DNA from: an uncultured delta proteobacterium
Lineage (GTDB): Bacteria; Desulfobacterota; Binatia; UBA9968
Direction: 5' to 3'
Assembly: GCA_963771465.1 (NCBI GenBank)
Contig: CAVYTU010000014.1
Location: 1,088,001 to 1,152,000 of the forward strand
Length of the DNA: 64,000 nucleotides
This document shows, piece after piece, positions 42,328-52,733 of the stretch. The position numbers were made by a program, and so were the translations under genes. The notes under the pieces are model-generated. The model was not told where the DNA came from. It did not search any database and saw nothing but the letters and a program-made list of their open reading frames with translations. Each line of letters starts with the position of its first letter. Positions within the stretch are counted from its first letter, which is position 1.

Positions 42328-42672
42328 ATGAGCGAGCGAGTGATCAAGGGTTATCACGCGCACATTTACTACGATCCGAAAACGACACGTGATGCGGCGG
42401 CGAAGGTGCGCGCCGGGTTGGCGCAGTTTAACGTTCAGCTTGGCAGCTGGCATGATGAAGCGGTGGGGCCGCATCTCGATGCCATGTACCAGGCGGTTTT
42501 CACCCAGGAAGAGTTCGCCCAAGTCGTGCCTTGGCTTATGCTGCACCGCGAGGGGTTGTCCGTGCTCGTCCATCCGTCGACGGGAGACGGTTACGGCGAC
42601 CATATGGAGCGCTCGCTGTGGTTGGGCGATCGATTGAAATTGAACGAGGTCGCGCTTACGCGCGGTCATTGA
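42328..42672 (+). CDS. DOPA 4,5-dioxygenase family protein
   Basis: YHAHIYY, VGPH, WLMLHREGLSVLVHP and DH...LWLG motifs. Confidence 0.9.
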   Translation: MSERVIKGYHAHIYYDPKTTRDAAAKVRAGLAQFNVQLGSWHDEAVGPHLDAMYQAVFTQEEFAQVVPWLMLHREGLSVLVHPSTGDGYGDHMERSLWLGDRLKLNEVALTRGH

Positions 42673-42689
42673 GCTTTGCTGAGTTGGCG

Positions 42690-43052
42690 ATGAAACGCAT
42701 CTACAGCGCCAAAGATCCGCTGATGATCGGCCACTTGAAGAACGTCATGGCGACGTTCGGCATCAAATGCGTAACGCGAAAACTCGATCTGATCAGCGCG
42801 GCGGGCCAGTTGCCGCCGACCGAATGCTGGCCGGAGCTTTGGGTCGTCGACGACGACAAAGCGAGTCGCGCGCGATCGATTCTCAAAAAAACTATGGCGC
42901 CGCTGGCTTCGGTGAAAAAGTCCTGGACGTGCAGCGGCTGCGATGAAAAGATCGAAGGCCAATTCTCCGAGTGCTGGAACTGTGGCTGCGACCGCGCCGG
43001 CGCAAAGTCGCGCGGCGTGGTCAAACTCGCGTCGCTGCCGCGCCGCCGCTAG
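42690..43052 (+). CDS. DUF2007 domain protein with C-terminal zinc ribbon
   Basis: WPELWV; WTCSGCDE...FSECWNCG. Confidence 0.8.
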   Translation: MKRIYSAKDPLMIGHLKNVMATFGIKCVTRKLDLISAAGQLPPTECWPELWVVDDDKASRARSILKKTMAPLASVKKSWTCSGCDEKIEGQFSECWNCGCDRAGAKSRGVVKLASLPRRR

Positions 43053-43097
43053 CTCGCTTCGAAAGAATCAAAACAAAAAAATTAGCAGGGAGTGTTC

Positions 43098-44036
43098 ATG
43101 GAGTATCGCCAATTGGGCAATTCCGGTGTCCGTGTATCCGTGGTCGGATTGGGCACCAATCGTTTCGGTGCGGCCGACGTGCCGCAAGCCGAGGTCAATA
43201 AGATCATCGACGCCGCGCTCGACGCCGGTGTGAACTTCTTGGACTCGGCGAACGTTTACAACGATGGCCGTTCGGAGGAGACTTTAGGCGTAGCGCTCAA
43301 GGGACGCATGGACAAGGTCGTGATGGCGACCAAGTTCAATTATCCGCGCAAAACCAGCGCCAACAGTTGGGGCGCGTCGCGCTATCACATGATGCAAGCG
43401 GTGGAGCAGAGCTTGCGCCGCTTGCAGTGCGATCATATCGATCTTTACTACTGCCATCGTTGGGATGACACGACGCCCATCGAAGAGACGCTGCGCGGTT
43501 TGGATGATCTGATTCGCATGGGCAAGGTGAATTACATCGGCGCGTCGCTTTACGCTGCGTGGCAATTGGCGCATGCCAACCTGCTCGCGGAGGTGAAAGG
43601 CTGGACACGCTTCGCCGTTTTGCAGTCCGAGTACAATATGCTCAAGCGCGGCGTCGAGCGCGAAATCGTGCCCTATTGCCGGGCGCAAAACGTCGGCTTG
43701 GTGCCGTACTATCCGCTCGCCGGTGGATTTCTCACCGGCAAATATGAATTCGGCAAACCGCCGCCGCCGGGCTCGCGCGGCGAGTCGGTGCGCAACGTGC
43801 AAGAGCTGATGGTTGAGCGCAATTACCACATCGTCACCAAACTGTCCGCGTGGGCCAAGCAACACGGCCGCGGCGTGAACGAATTGGCACAGGCGTGGTT
43901 ACTCGCGCAACCGAGGGTTTGCTCGGTCATTACCGGTGCCAAGAAGGTCGAGCATGTCACCAGCAACGTCAAAGCGGCGGACTGGCATTTGAATGCCGAG
44001 CAGTTGAAAGAGATCGACGGGATTTTGAAGGCCTAG
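43098..44036 (+). CDS. Aldo/keto reductase
   Basis: LGNSGVRVS, DSANVY, ATK, SLRRLQCDHIDLYYCH and YYPLAGGFLTGKY motifs. Confidence 0.93.
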   Translation: MEYRQLGNSGVRVSVVGLGTNRFGAADVPQAEVNKIIDAALDAGVNFLDSANVYNDGRSEETLGVALKGRMDKVVMATKFNYPRKTSANSWGASRYHMMQAVEQSLRRLQCDHIDLYYCHRWDDTTPIEETLRGLDDLIRMGKVNYIGASLYAAWQLAHANLLAEVKGWTRFAVLQSEYNMLKRGVEREIVPYCRAQNVGLVPYYPLAGGFLTGKYEFGKPPPPGSRGESVRNVQELMVERNYHIVTKLSAWAKQHGRGVNELAQAWLLAQPRVCSVITGAKKVEHVTSNVKAADWHLNAEQLKEIDGILKA

Positions 44037-44085
44037 AAGATTCGGATTGGGAAATTTACTCGCAGAGAGCGGCAACAGCGCAAAG

Positions 44086-44667
44086 CTAAATCACGAACGG
44101 CAAAAACAATTGCGCGGAAGCGCTGAATTTTTCGCGCTTCGGTGCTTTCGCCAATTGGCGAATTTCCTGCTCTAACCAGCGGATGTATTGACGCTGGGTG
44201 TGGCGTTTGTCGATGGCGGCGATGCAGAGTTGGCGCACCGATTCGGCATATTCGGGCCAGCGTTCGCGCAGGTTGCGCGGCATTTTAATATAAGTCGGGG
44301 GGTCGTCGCAGAAGATTGGGTCGCGGGCGAGGGTCCAGATGTCGCATTGGGTTTCACCGGCGGGAATTCTATCCGGATCGGTGGCGCGCGACGCGGTGAG
44401 ATTGCCGCGGCCCAAACCTTGGGTCAAGTGTGTCAGCTCGTGGCCGATGGTTTGATAAGTGAGCTTGCGCACTTTGAAGCGAATGATCAGGCGCGAAATG
44501 ACTCCTTTGCGATACATCACGGTCGCGCTGCCCAAGTGCTTGCGCGTGTAGCCGATGGTGATCGTCGAATCTTTTAACTCTGGAAAATAACGCAGTGAGT
44601 GCTCGATCATCTCTGCAGCGCGGCGGGTGAGGCGTTGCTTCATCTGCGGGGTGAATTTGAGCTGCAT
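44086..44667 (-). CDS. Hypothetical protein with HExxH (zincin-like) motif
   Basis: TIGHELTHL followed by GETQCDIWTLAR. Confidence 0.6.
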   Translation of the reverse strand: MQLKFTPQMKQRLTRRAAEMIEHSLRYFPELKDSTITIGYTRKHLGSATVMYRKGVISRLIIRFKVRKLTYQTIGHELTHLTQGLGRGNLTASRATDPDRIPAGETQCDIWTLARDPIFCDDPPTYIKMPRNLRERWPEYAESVRQLCIAAIDKRHTQRQYIRWLEQEIRQLAKAPKREKFSASAQLFLPFVI

Positions 44668-44750
44668 GAACGGTAACTTTGGCGCAGATTCTCCCTACCT
44701 TGATCCACCGGTCGAGAGTGTCATAATGCTGTCCTTCTCAGGTTGAATTT

Positions 44751-45674
44751 ATGGCAGAGGCAGAAAGTAAGCACAAGGAAAAAAGCGCGGCGCCGTATCG
44801 CTCGGGCTATATCGCCATCGTCGGGCGGCCCAACGTCGGCAAGTCGACGCTGCTCAATCAAATCCTCGGCGAGAAGGTTGCCATCGTGTCGCCGCGGCCG
44901 CAGACCACGCGCAATCGCATCACGGGCATCCGTACCACCGAGACTTCGCAGATCGTTTTTCTTGACACGCCGGGAATTCATCAGGGTCATACCATGATCA
45001 ACCGGCGCTTGGTCGACACGGCGCTGCAGACACTCGATGAGGTTGACGGGGTCGTCTGGGTGCTCGACGCGCACGATCGGATCAAGCAGGAAGAAGAACG
45101 GATCGCTGAGACGCTCAGCGGCGTTGAGACGCCGGTGCTGATTCTCATCAATAAGATCGATCTGGTATCCAAGGGCAAGTTGCTGCCGCTGATGGAACGC
45201 TGCGCACAGTTATTGCCGGAAAAAGAAATCGTGCCGGTGAGCGCGCTCAAGGGCGACGGTGTGCCGATTATCTTAGACATCGTTGAAAAATGGTTGCCCG
45301 AGGGCGAAAAGTTTTTCACCGAAGGCGAGTATACCGACCAAACCGAGCGCTTCTTGGCTTCGGAAATCGTTCGCGAGAAAGTTTTTCTGCTGACTCGTCA
45401 GGAGATTCCCTACGGTGTCGCCGTGACCATCGATGAGTTTACGGAGAAGGAAGATAAGAATCTGATCGTGATCTCGGCGACGATCCACACGGAGCGCGAC
45501 TCGCACAAGGGAATTCTCATCGGCAAGCGCGGTGCCATGCTCAAGGAGATCGGCCAGCGGGCGCGCGAGGAGCTGGAAAAAATTTTCGGCTGCCGGATAT
45601 TTCTTGAACTGTTTATCCGCGTCGATCCCGACTGGACGCAGAATCCCAATCTACTCACCGAGATGGGGTTGTGA
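44751..45674 (+). CDS. era: GTPase Era
   Basis: GRPNVGKS, PQTTR, DTPG, NKID and KH domain (ILIGKRGAMLKEIG). Confidence 0.96.
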   Translation: MAEAESKHKEKSAAPYRSGYIAIVGRPNVGKSTLLNQILGEKVAIVSPRPQTTRNRITGIRTTETSQIVFLDTPGIHQGHTMINRRLVDTALQTLDEVDGVVWVLDAHDRIKQEEERIAETLSGVETPVLILINKIDLVSKGKLLPLMERCAQLLPEKEIVPVSALKGDGVPIILDIVEKWLPEGEKFFTEGEYTDQTERFLASEIVREKVFLLTRQEIPYGVAVTIDEFTEKEDKNLIVISATIHTERDSHKGILIGKRGAMLKEIGQRAREELEKIFGCRIFLELFIRVDPDWTQNPNLLTEMGL

Positions 45675-45721
45675 GAAGCCAGAAGGCGACTAGCCGCAAA
45701 GTACGCAGAAAAGAAAATTAG

Positions 45722-47167
45722 ATGCATCGGACAGCAGCAGCTCCTTCTATAGTCACGCGCCGGTTGCCAGGCAAATTGCCGATTGTCGCCATCGTCGGAC
45801 GGCCCAACGTCGGCAAGTCGACCTTGTTTAACCGGCTGGTCGGCGAGCGGCGGGCGATCGTTGACGATCTGCCCGGTGTGACGCGGGATCGGAACTACGC
45901 CGAGGCCGAGTGGGGCGACCGGAAATTTCTGCTCGTCGACACCGGCGGTCTGGATTCGGACAGCGACGGCGATCTCGAAGCGAGCGTGCAATCGCAGAGC
46001 CGCTTGGCCGTGGCTGAAGCTGACGTCGTGGTGTTTCTGTTCGACGGCAAAGACGGGCTCAATCCGTTGGATCGCGAAGCGGTGGATTTATTGCGCCGGT
46101 CGCAAAAGCCGGTGCTCTACGCGGTCAACAAACTCGACTCGCGCCAGCGCGCCGACAACCTCTATGAGTTTTACGGCCTCGGCATCGAGACGCTCTATTC
46201 GATCTCGGCCGAACATGGTCTCGGCGTGGGTGAGCTTTTTGATAGTGTGAGTCGGTATTTTCCGCCGCTGCCGGCGAATTTGCTGGGTGACGAATCAGAA
46301 GATGTCGAGCCAGAGGATACCGAGCCGGAAACAAAAACGGTCGAGCCGTTAAGAGTTGCCGTGGTCGGGCGGCCTAACGTCGGCAAGTCGACCTTGATCA
46401 ACCGTTTGCTCGGTTTCGAGCGCTCGGTGGTCGACGCGACGCCGGGCACGACGCGGGATTCTTTGGACACGCCGTTCGAACTGCTTGGCGAGCCGTGTGT
46501 TTTGATCGATACCGCTGGCATTCGCCGTAAGGCGCGCATCGACGACCGCATCGAGCGGTTTAGCGTGAGTCAATCGCTCAAAGCGGTGGAACGCGGCGAT
46601 CTGATCATTCATGTGATCGACGGACCGGAAAATGTAACCGATCAAGACGCGCAGATTTTGAGTTATGCGGTGGAGCGCGGCAAAGCGCTGGTTTTGGCCG
46701 TGAATAAATGGGATCTGGTGTCGAAGAATAGCAGCGACGTCCGAAAGTACCGCGAGGAAGTAAACTATCGACTGTCGTTCTTGGACTACGTGCCGATAAC
46801 ATTCATCGCCGCGGCCACCGGTTATGGCGTGCGCAAGATGCTCGAAACCAGCGCGCGCGTCGTCAGGGCGTACCGGCATAAAGTTTCGACGTCAAAGTTG
46901 AACCAAGCGCTGCAGCGCATCGTCACGGCCCACACCGTGCCATTGTTTCATGGCAGGTCGGTGAAGTTTTACTATGGCACGCAGACCGGCACACAACCGC
47001 CCACGTTTACTTTTTTTGTCAACGTTGCCGAGGCCGTGCCGGCGAGCTATCAGACCTATTTAACCGGTCAGCTCAGAGAGCAGCTCGGCTTGGACCATGC
47101 GCCGTTACGGCTGTTTTTTCGTGCGCGCCGGGAAGCCGCAGCGCCGCGGAAAAGGCCGCGCCGATAA
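45722..47167 (+). CDS. der: Ribosome biogenesis GTPase Der (EngA)
   Basis: Two GRPNVGKS G-domains with an acidic linker, PGVTRD, GTTRD and PPTF; start uncertain. Confidence 0.95.
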   Translation: MHRTAAAPSIVTRRLPGKLPIVAIVGRPNVGKSTLFNRLVGERRAIVDDLPGVTRDRNYAEAEWGDRKFLLVDTGGLDSDSDGDLEASVQSQSRLAVAEADVVVFLFDGKDGLNPLDREAVDLLRRSQKPVLYAVNKLDSRQRADNLYEFYGLGIETLYSISAEHGLGVGELFDSVSRYFPPLPANLLGDESEDVEPEDTEPETKTVEPLRVAVVGRPNVGKSTLINRLLGFERSVVDATPGTTRDSLDTPFELLGEPCVLIDTAGIRRKARIDDRIERFSVSQSLKAVERGDLIIHVIDGPENVTDQDAQILSYAVERGKALVLAVNKWDLVSKNSSDVRKYREEVNYRLSFLDYVPITFIAAATGYGVRKMLETSARVVRAYRHKVSTSKLNQALQRIVTAHTVPLFHGRSVKFYYGTQTGTQPPTFTFFVNVAEAVPASYQTYLTGQLREQLGLDHAPLRLFFRARREAAAPRKRPRR

Positions 47168-47184
47168 CGGCGCGACGAGCGCTT

Positions 47185-47216
47185 GCCATCGACGCGTTGT
47201 CTGCGTCGATGGTTAT
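47185..47216 (+). terminator. Hairpin after der, possible terminator
   Basis: GCCATCGACGCG-TTGTC-TGCGTCGATGGT; weak U tail. Confidence 0.4.
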
Positions 47217-47460
47217 TCCCTATCCTCGTGGATTTGCCGCGCAGTAGCGCTTTCGCGCTCAATTTCAGAGCAAAAAAAGAAACTTCAATTTGCCAGAAAG
47301 TACCGCAAAAACAATCGTTTCGTCGACCGGCGAGGGGTGAACTCCAAGGCCCTCGGAGTTTCCCTTCTGGTCTTCAGGGATAAATTGCCTTATCATTTCT
47401 ACCTTGATTGCTCTGGCCGCCACGGCAACGAGATTTCGCGCCGAGTGTGACAAAGCGTAA

Positions 47461-48627
47461 ATGACTATGGTTGAGGCATCCTTAAATTCACCGGATGGAA
47501 TTTCTTCGTCCGTGCCGATGGGCGGAGATTACGCGCCGTGGCTCGCGCTCTGTCGAGTCAACGGTTTGGGCTGTGTGAGTTTCAAAAAACTTGCGGCGCA
47601 ATTCGGCGATCCGACCAAAGCCTTTGCGGCGTCCAAGTCGGAGCTTGAAGCGGTCGAAGATCTGCGCGCCGAAGCGATCGATGGCTTGATGCATTTTGAC
47701 CAATGGGCCGAAGTCGAGAATGAATTAAAGCGCGTGCGCGCCGCCGGGGTAACTTTAATCCCGTTTAGCGATGCCAATTATCCGGCGCGCTTACGAACGA
47801 TCGCCGATCCGCCGCCAGTGCTTTATGTCAAAGGTGAGTTGCGCGCAGACGACAGCCGAGCCGTGGCGATCGTCGGCTCGCGCAGCGCCAGCGACTACGG
47901 CCGGCGCGTGGCCCGCGATCTGGCGCGCGGCTTGGCCTCGATGGGATTCACCGTGGTGAGCGGCATGGCGCGCGGTATCGACGGCATGGCGCATGAGACG
48001 GCGATCAATTGCGGCGGGCGAACGATCGCGATATTGGGCTCCGGCGTTGAACGCGCGTATCCGCCGGAACACGACAAACTTTATCAGCGTATTAGCGACC
48101 AGGGCGCCGTGCTTTCCGAATTGCCGATCGGCACCCGGCCGATGGCATTTAATTTTCCGGCGCGCAATCGGCTGATCAGCGGCGTGTCTTTGGGCGTGGT
48201 CGTGGTCGAAGCCACCGAGAAGAGCGGCTCGTTGATTACCGCTTCGTTAGCCGTCGACCAGGGGCGCGAAGTGTTCGCCGTGCCGGGTGAAGTCGGCGCC
48301 AGCCGAAGCCGCGGCGCGCACCGCTTGATTCGCCAGGGCGCCAAGCTGGTCGAGAACGTCGAGGACATCCTCGAAGAGATCGCGCCGCAGCTTTTGCATC
48401 GCGGCGGCGCGGCGAATCCCGCGCCGTTGACTTTGCCGCAAAATGCCGGCGCCGAGGCGCGCAAAATTTTCGCCTTGCTCGAAGCGGGTTCACTGCAAAT
48501 CGACGAAGTGATCGAGCGCAGCGGTTTGGTCGCGCAGCGGGTTTTGGAGATTCTCTTGGATTTGGAGTTGCAAGGCTATGTGCAGCAACTGGCGGGCAAA
48601 CGATACGCCGCCGAGAGAACCAATTGA
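47461..48627 (+). CDS. dprA: DNA-processing protein DprA
   Basis: YPARL..IADPP, AIVGSR, VSGMARGID, FPARNRLISG and SGSLITA motifs. Confidence 0.95.
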   Translation: MTMVEASLNSPDGISSSVPMGGDYAPWLALCRVNGLGCVSFKKLAAQFGDPTKAFAASKSELEAVEDLRAEAIDGLMHFDQWAEVENELKRVRAAGVTLIPFSDANYPARLRTIADPPPVLYVKGELRADDSRAVAIVGSRSASDYGRRVARDLARGLASMGFTVVSGMARGIDGMAHETAINCGGRTIAILGSGVERAYPPEHDKLYQRISDQGAVLSELPIGTRPMAFNFPARNRLISGVSLGVVVVEATEKSGSLITASLAVDQGREVFAVPGEVGASRSRGAHRLIRQGAKLVENVEDILEEIAPQLLHRGGAANPAPLTLPQNAGAEARKIFALLEAGSLQIDEVIERSGLVAQRVLEILLDLELQGYVQQLAGKRYAAERTN

Positions 48628-48661
48628 ATCGATACCTCTGACACATTTAGGAATGAGTTAC

Positions 48662-50977
48662 ATGGCAGCAAAGAATCTAGTCATTGTCGAATCCCCGGCC
48701 AAGGCCAAGACCTTGGAAAAATATTTGGGGCGGGATTTTCAAGTCAAAGCGTCCATCGGCCACGTGGTCGATTTACCCAAGAGCAAGCTCGGTGTCGACG
48801 TCAAGAAAAACTTCGCGCCGGATTTTACAGTCATTTTATCCAAGAAAAAGGTCATCGACGAGCTTAAAAAGGCCGCCAAAGGCAAGACCAATATTTATCT
48901 CGCCTCCGATCCGGATCGCGAGGGCGAAGCGATCGCCTGGCATATCGCCGATCAAGTGGTGAAGAATCATAAGCGCGTGCATCGGGTGATGATCAACGAG
49001 ATCACCAAGAAAGCCGTGCAGGAAGCGATCGCCAATCCGCAAGAGCTCGACCGCAACAAATTCGACGCGCAAGTGGCGCGCCGCGTGCTCGACCGCTTGG
49101 TCGGCTACAAGATAAGCCCGATTCTATGGACCAAAGTGCGGCGCGGCCTGAGCGCCGGGCGGGTGCAGTCGGTGGCGGTGCGCCTGGTCTGCGAACGGGA
49201 AAAGGAAGTGCGCGCCTTCGAGCCGGTCGAGTATTGGTCGTTGACGGCGTTGCTGGAAGGTCATCTACCGCCTTCGTTCAAAGCTAAGCTGGCGCAGTGG
49301 CAGGGCCAGAAGGTCGACAATAAGAAGTTCCGCCTTGAGACTGAAAACAGCGTTCAGGAAATTCTCAAATCCCTCGAAAATGCGCCGTGGGTCATCGGCG
49401 AGGTCGAGAAAAAAGAACGGCGCCGATTTCCAACGCCGCCCTTTGTCACCAGCAAGTTGCAACAGGAAGCGTCGCGCAAATTGGGCTTTCAGCCCAAGCG
49501 CACCATGCAGTTGGCGCAGCAACTCTATGAAGGCGTGGAGTTGGGCAGCGAAGGCTCGGTGGGCTTGATCACCTATATGCGTACCGATTCGACGCGCGTT
49601 TCCAACGATGCGCTGACGGCCGTGCGCGGCCATATTCAAACCCAGTACGGCAAAAATTATCTGCCTGATCGGCCGAATACTTTTCGTTCGAAGAAGGGCG
49701 CGCAGGATGCCCACGAGGCGATTCGCCCGACTTCGCTTGATTATTCGCCCGAGCGGGTGCGGCGCTATTTGCGGCGCGACGTGTTTCAGCTCTACTCGCT
49801 GATCTGGGATCGCTTTGTCGCCAGCCAGATGGTGCCGGCGGTGTATGATCAAACCGCTTTCGAGATTCCCGTCAAAGAGGCGCTGTTTCGCGCCACCGGG
49901 CAGCAGGTCAAGTTCGACGGCTTTATGAAGCTCTATACGGAGGGACGCGACGAGCGTACCGCGCAGGCCAACGGCGAAGATGAGGAAGATGATGACGCGC
50001 AGGATTTGGACGGCGTGCTGCCCAACCTGCAGAAGGGCGATATTTTAAAACTCCTATCGATGGAGCCGCGCCAGCATTTTACCCAGCCGCCGCCCCGTTT
50101 CACGCAAGCCTCGCTGATTAAAGAGCTCGACGAGAATGGCATCGGCCGGCCGTCGACCTATGCGGCGATCATCTCGAACATTCTCGATCGCGAGTATGTA
50201 TCGCAAAACGAAAGCCGCCAATTGGTGCCGACCGATTTGGGCTTTTTGGTGACCGACTTACTCGTCGAGAGTTTTCCCGACATTCTCAACGTCGAGTTTA
50301 CCGCCGGGATGGAAAACGACCTCGACAAGATCGAGGACGGCAAAGAGAAGTGGACCAAGACGATGAAGCGCTTCTACACGCCGTTCGAGCGCGATCTCAA
50401 GAAAGCCGCCAAAGAGATGCGCGATGTCAAACGGCAAGAGGTGCCGACCGATATCGACTGTGAGAAATGCGGCGCCAAAATGGTGATCAAGTGGGGCCGC
50501 AACGGCGAGTTTCTCGCCTGCCCGCAATATCCCGAATGCAAAAGCACCAAGAATTTCAAGCGCGGCAACGAAGGCGAGGTCGAAATCGCAGTCGAAGAAG
50601 AAGTCGACGAGGCGTGCGAGAAATGCGGCCGGCCGATGCTCTTGCGCTTCGGTAAGTTCGGCAAATTTCTCGGCTGCAGCGGTTACCCCGAATGCAAAAA
50701 TATTCAGCCGCTGCAAAAACCGGTGGATTTGGGCATCAAGTGTCCCGAGTGTAAGGAAGGGAACATTAAAGAGCGCAAATCACGCTGGGGCAAAATGTTC
50801 TACGGCTGCGACAAGTATCCCGAATGCAAGTTCGCTTCGTGGGACAAGCCGTTGCCGACGCCGTGCCCGGACTGCGATAGCCCGATCCTGGTGGAGAAAA
50901 TTCTCAAACGGACCGGCCGCACGCACCGTTGTTACAAGAAAGAGTGCGGCTACTCGATCCAGGTCGTGGAGCAATAG
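48662..50977 (+). CDS. topA: DNA topoisomerase I
   Basis: LVIVESPAKAKT, DPDREGE, SAGRVQS, LITYMRTDS, GIGRPSTYA and three zinc ribbons. Confidence 0.97.
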   Translation: MAAKNLVIVESPAKAKTLEKYLGRDFQVKASIGHVVDLPKSKLGVDVKKNFAPDFTVILSKKKVIDELKKAAKGKTNIYLASDPDREGEAIAWHIADQVVKNHKRVHRVMINEITKKAVQEAIANPQELDRNKFDAQVARRVLDRLVGYKISPILWTKVRRGLSAGRVQSVAVRLVCEREKEVRAFEPVEYWSLTALLEGHLPPSFKAKLAQWQGQKVDNKKFRLETENSVQEILKSLENAPWVIGEVEKKERRRFPTPPFVTSKLQQEASRKLGFQPKRTMQLAQQLYEGVELGSEGSVGLITYMRTDSTRVSNDALTAVRGHIQTQYGKNYLPDRPNTFRSKKGAQDAHEAIRPTSLDYSPERVRRYLRRDVFQLYSLIWDRFVASQMVPAVYDQTAFEIPVKEALFRATGQQVKFDGFMKLYTEGRDERTAQANGEDEEDDDAQDLDGVLPNLQKGDILKLLSMEPRQHFTQPPPRFTQASLIKELDENGIGRPSTYAAIISNILDREYVSQNESRQLVPTDLGFLVTDLLVESFPDILNVEFTAGMENDLDKIEDGKEKWTKTMKRFYTPFERDLKKAAKEMRDVKRQEVPTDIDCEKCGAKMVIKWGRNGEFLACPQYPECKSTKNFKRGNEGEVEIAVEEEVDEACEKCGRPMLLRFGKFGKFLGCSGYPECKNIQPLQKPVDLGIKCPECKEGNIKERKSRWGKMFYGCDKYPECKFASWDKPLPTPCPDCDSPILVEKILKRTGRTHRCYKKECGYSIQVVEQ

Positions 50978-51121
50978 CGTCGAGAGCGCCGCTTCGTTCG
51001 TTCGCAGATTGCTTGCAAAGACTTTCGCTCCACGGTAGAGATTCCGCTGGCCGTGTTCGTGCCTCGTGTCTGTAGGACGAGCACGATTATGGGCACGGCG
51101 GATAAATTTCACTATCGATCC

Positions 51122-52549
51122 ATGGATAACTTGGTGCGCATAATCGGCGGCGGCTTGGCCGGCACCGAAGCGGCATGGCAGTTGGCGCGCCGGGGGATCG
51201 CCGTGGAACTGTTCGAGATGCGGCCATTGCGCCGCACCGAAGCGCACGCGAGCGATGACCTCGCTGAGGTCGTGTGCAGCAATTCGCTCCGATCTGATTC
51301 CTTATCCGCTCCCGCGGGTTTGCTCAAGGCGGAGATGCGCCAGCTCAACTCCCTGATTATTCGAACAGCCGAAACGCATCGCGTACCCGCCGGTTCCGCT
51401 CTGGCGGTCGATCGCGCTGCGTTCGCGCGCGGCGTAACTCAAGCGATCGAAGCTTTGCCCAAAGTCCAGGTTATTCGCCACGAAGTTGAATCGATACCTG
51501 ATGACGGCATCGTCATTGTCGCCACCGGGCCGCTGACTTCGCCGGCGTTATCGCGCGCATTGACCGCTCAATTGGGCGAAGAGCATTTGTATTTTTATGA
51601 CGCGATTTCGCCCATCGTTACCGCCGAGTCGATCGATATGAACCTAGCCTATCGCGCGGCGCGTTACGGCAAGGGCGGCGATGACTATATCAATTTGCCG
51701 CTGACGCAAGCGGAGTACTATCGTTTCATCGACGCGCTAGTCGCCGCCGAGCGAGTGGCGACCCATAGCTTCGAGCGCTTTGTCCCGTTCGAAGGCTGCA
51801 TGCCGATCGAGGAGATGGCCGACCGCGGCAAGGAAACTCTCGCCTTCGGACCCATGCGCGCCGTGGGTCTGATCGATCCGAGCACCGGCAGGCGGCCCTA
51901 CGCGGTGGTGCAGCTGCGCCAGGAAAATCGCGCAAGCACGCTCTACAATTTGGTCGGCTTTCAAACCAAAATGACTTATGCCGAACAGCGCAAGGTTTTG
52001 GCGCTGATTCCCGGCTTGGCCAACGCCGAGTTCGTTCGGCTTGGGAGTTTGCACCGCAATACGTTTATCAACGCGCCGCAGCATCTATTGCCGACGCTTC
52101 AATGGCGCCAACGCCAGTCGCTATTTTTCGCCGGACAGATGACCGGCGTCGAAGGTTATATCGAATCCGCCGCCACCGGCCTGCTCGCTGGCATCAATGC
52201 CGCGAATTTAGTTTTCGGCAAAGCGCCGGTGGTGCCGCCGCTGACCACCGCGCTGGGCGCTTTGCTGGGTTACATTAGCGATTCCGAGCGCAAACGTTTT
52301 CAGCCGATGAATGTGAACTTCGGTTTGATCTCGCCGCTATCTGTTGGTCTACGCGGCAAGGCGAAAAAAGAGATGTTGTCGCGCCGCGCGCTGGCGGACA
52401 TGGCGGCGTGGCTGAGCGAATTGGACGGCGGCGCTAAGGGCGCTGATGCCAATGACCTTGTAAGCGTGGAGACACTAGGCCGAATTCACGGCGAAACTTC
52501 GGTCGAGATGCAACCTTTGCGGAACGACGGCAAAGCAGTTGTGCCGTGA
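51122..52549 (+). CDS. trmFO: Folate/FAD-dependent tRNA m5U54 methyltransferase
   Basis: IIGGGLAGTEAA, VCSNSL, YNLVGFQT and AGQMTGVEGY motifs. Confidence 0.95.
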   Translation: MDNLVRIIGGGLAGTEAAWQLARRGIAVELFEMRPLRRTEAHASDDLAEVVCSNSLRSDSLSAPAGLLKAEMRQLNSLIIRTAETHRVPAGSALAVDRAAFARGVTQAIEALPKVQVIRHEVESIPDDGIVIVATGPLTSPALSRALTAQLGEEHLYFYDAISPIVTAESIDMNLAYRAARYGKGGDDYINLPLTQAEYYRFIDALVAAERVATHSFERFVPFEGCMPIEEMADRGKETLAFGPMRAVGLIDPSTGRRPYAVVQLRQENRASTLYNLVGFQTKMTYAEQRKVLALIPGLANAEFVRLGSLHRNTFINAPQHLLPTLQWRQRQSLFFAGQMTGVEGYIESAATGLLAGINAANLVFGKAPVVPPLTTALGALLGYISDSERKRFQPMNVNFGLISPLSVGLRGKAKKEMLSRRALADMAAWLSELDGGAKGADANDLVSVETLGRIHGETSVEMQPLRNDGKAVVP

Positions 52550-52733
52550 AGATGGCAGCGAGATAAGTTGCTTATGAGATTAGCAGCGAAAAGGTTAAAC
52601 CTCGTGCCGAGCACAAAATGAAACATTCGCTCTCGTGCCTCTGTTTGACGTTTTGGTTCTCCAGGGTCACACCGCGATCGGCGCAGCGCCGCGAGATTTC
52701 CTCTTAGCATGAATAATCCGGGATAGCATTGCG

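Noticed and set aside
44810-46400. Three near-identical DNA stretches (GTCGG.CGGCC.AACGTCGGCAAGTCGAC) at about 44820, 45795 and 46365
   Set aside because: Explained by the conserved GRPNVGKST P-loops of Era and the two Der G-domains
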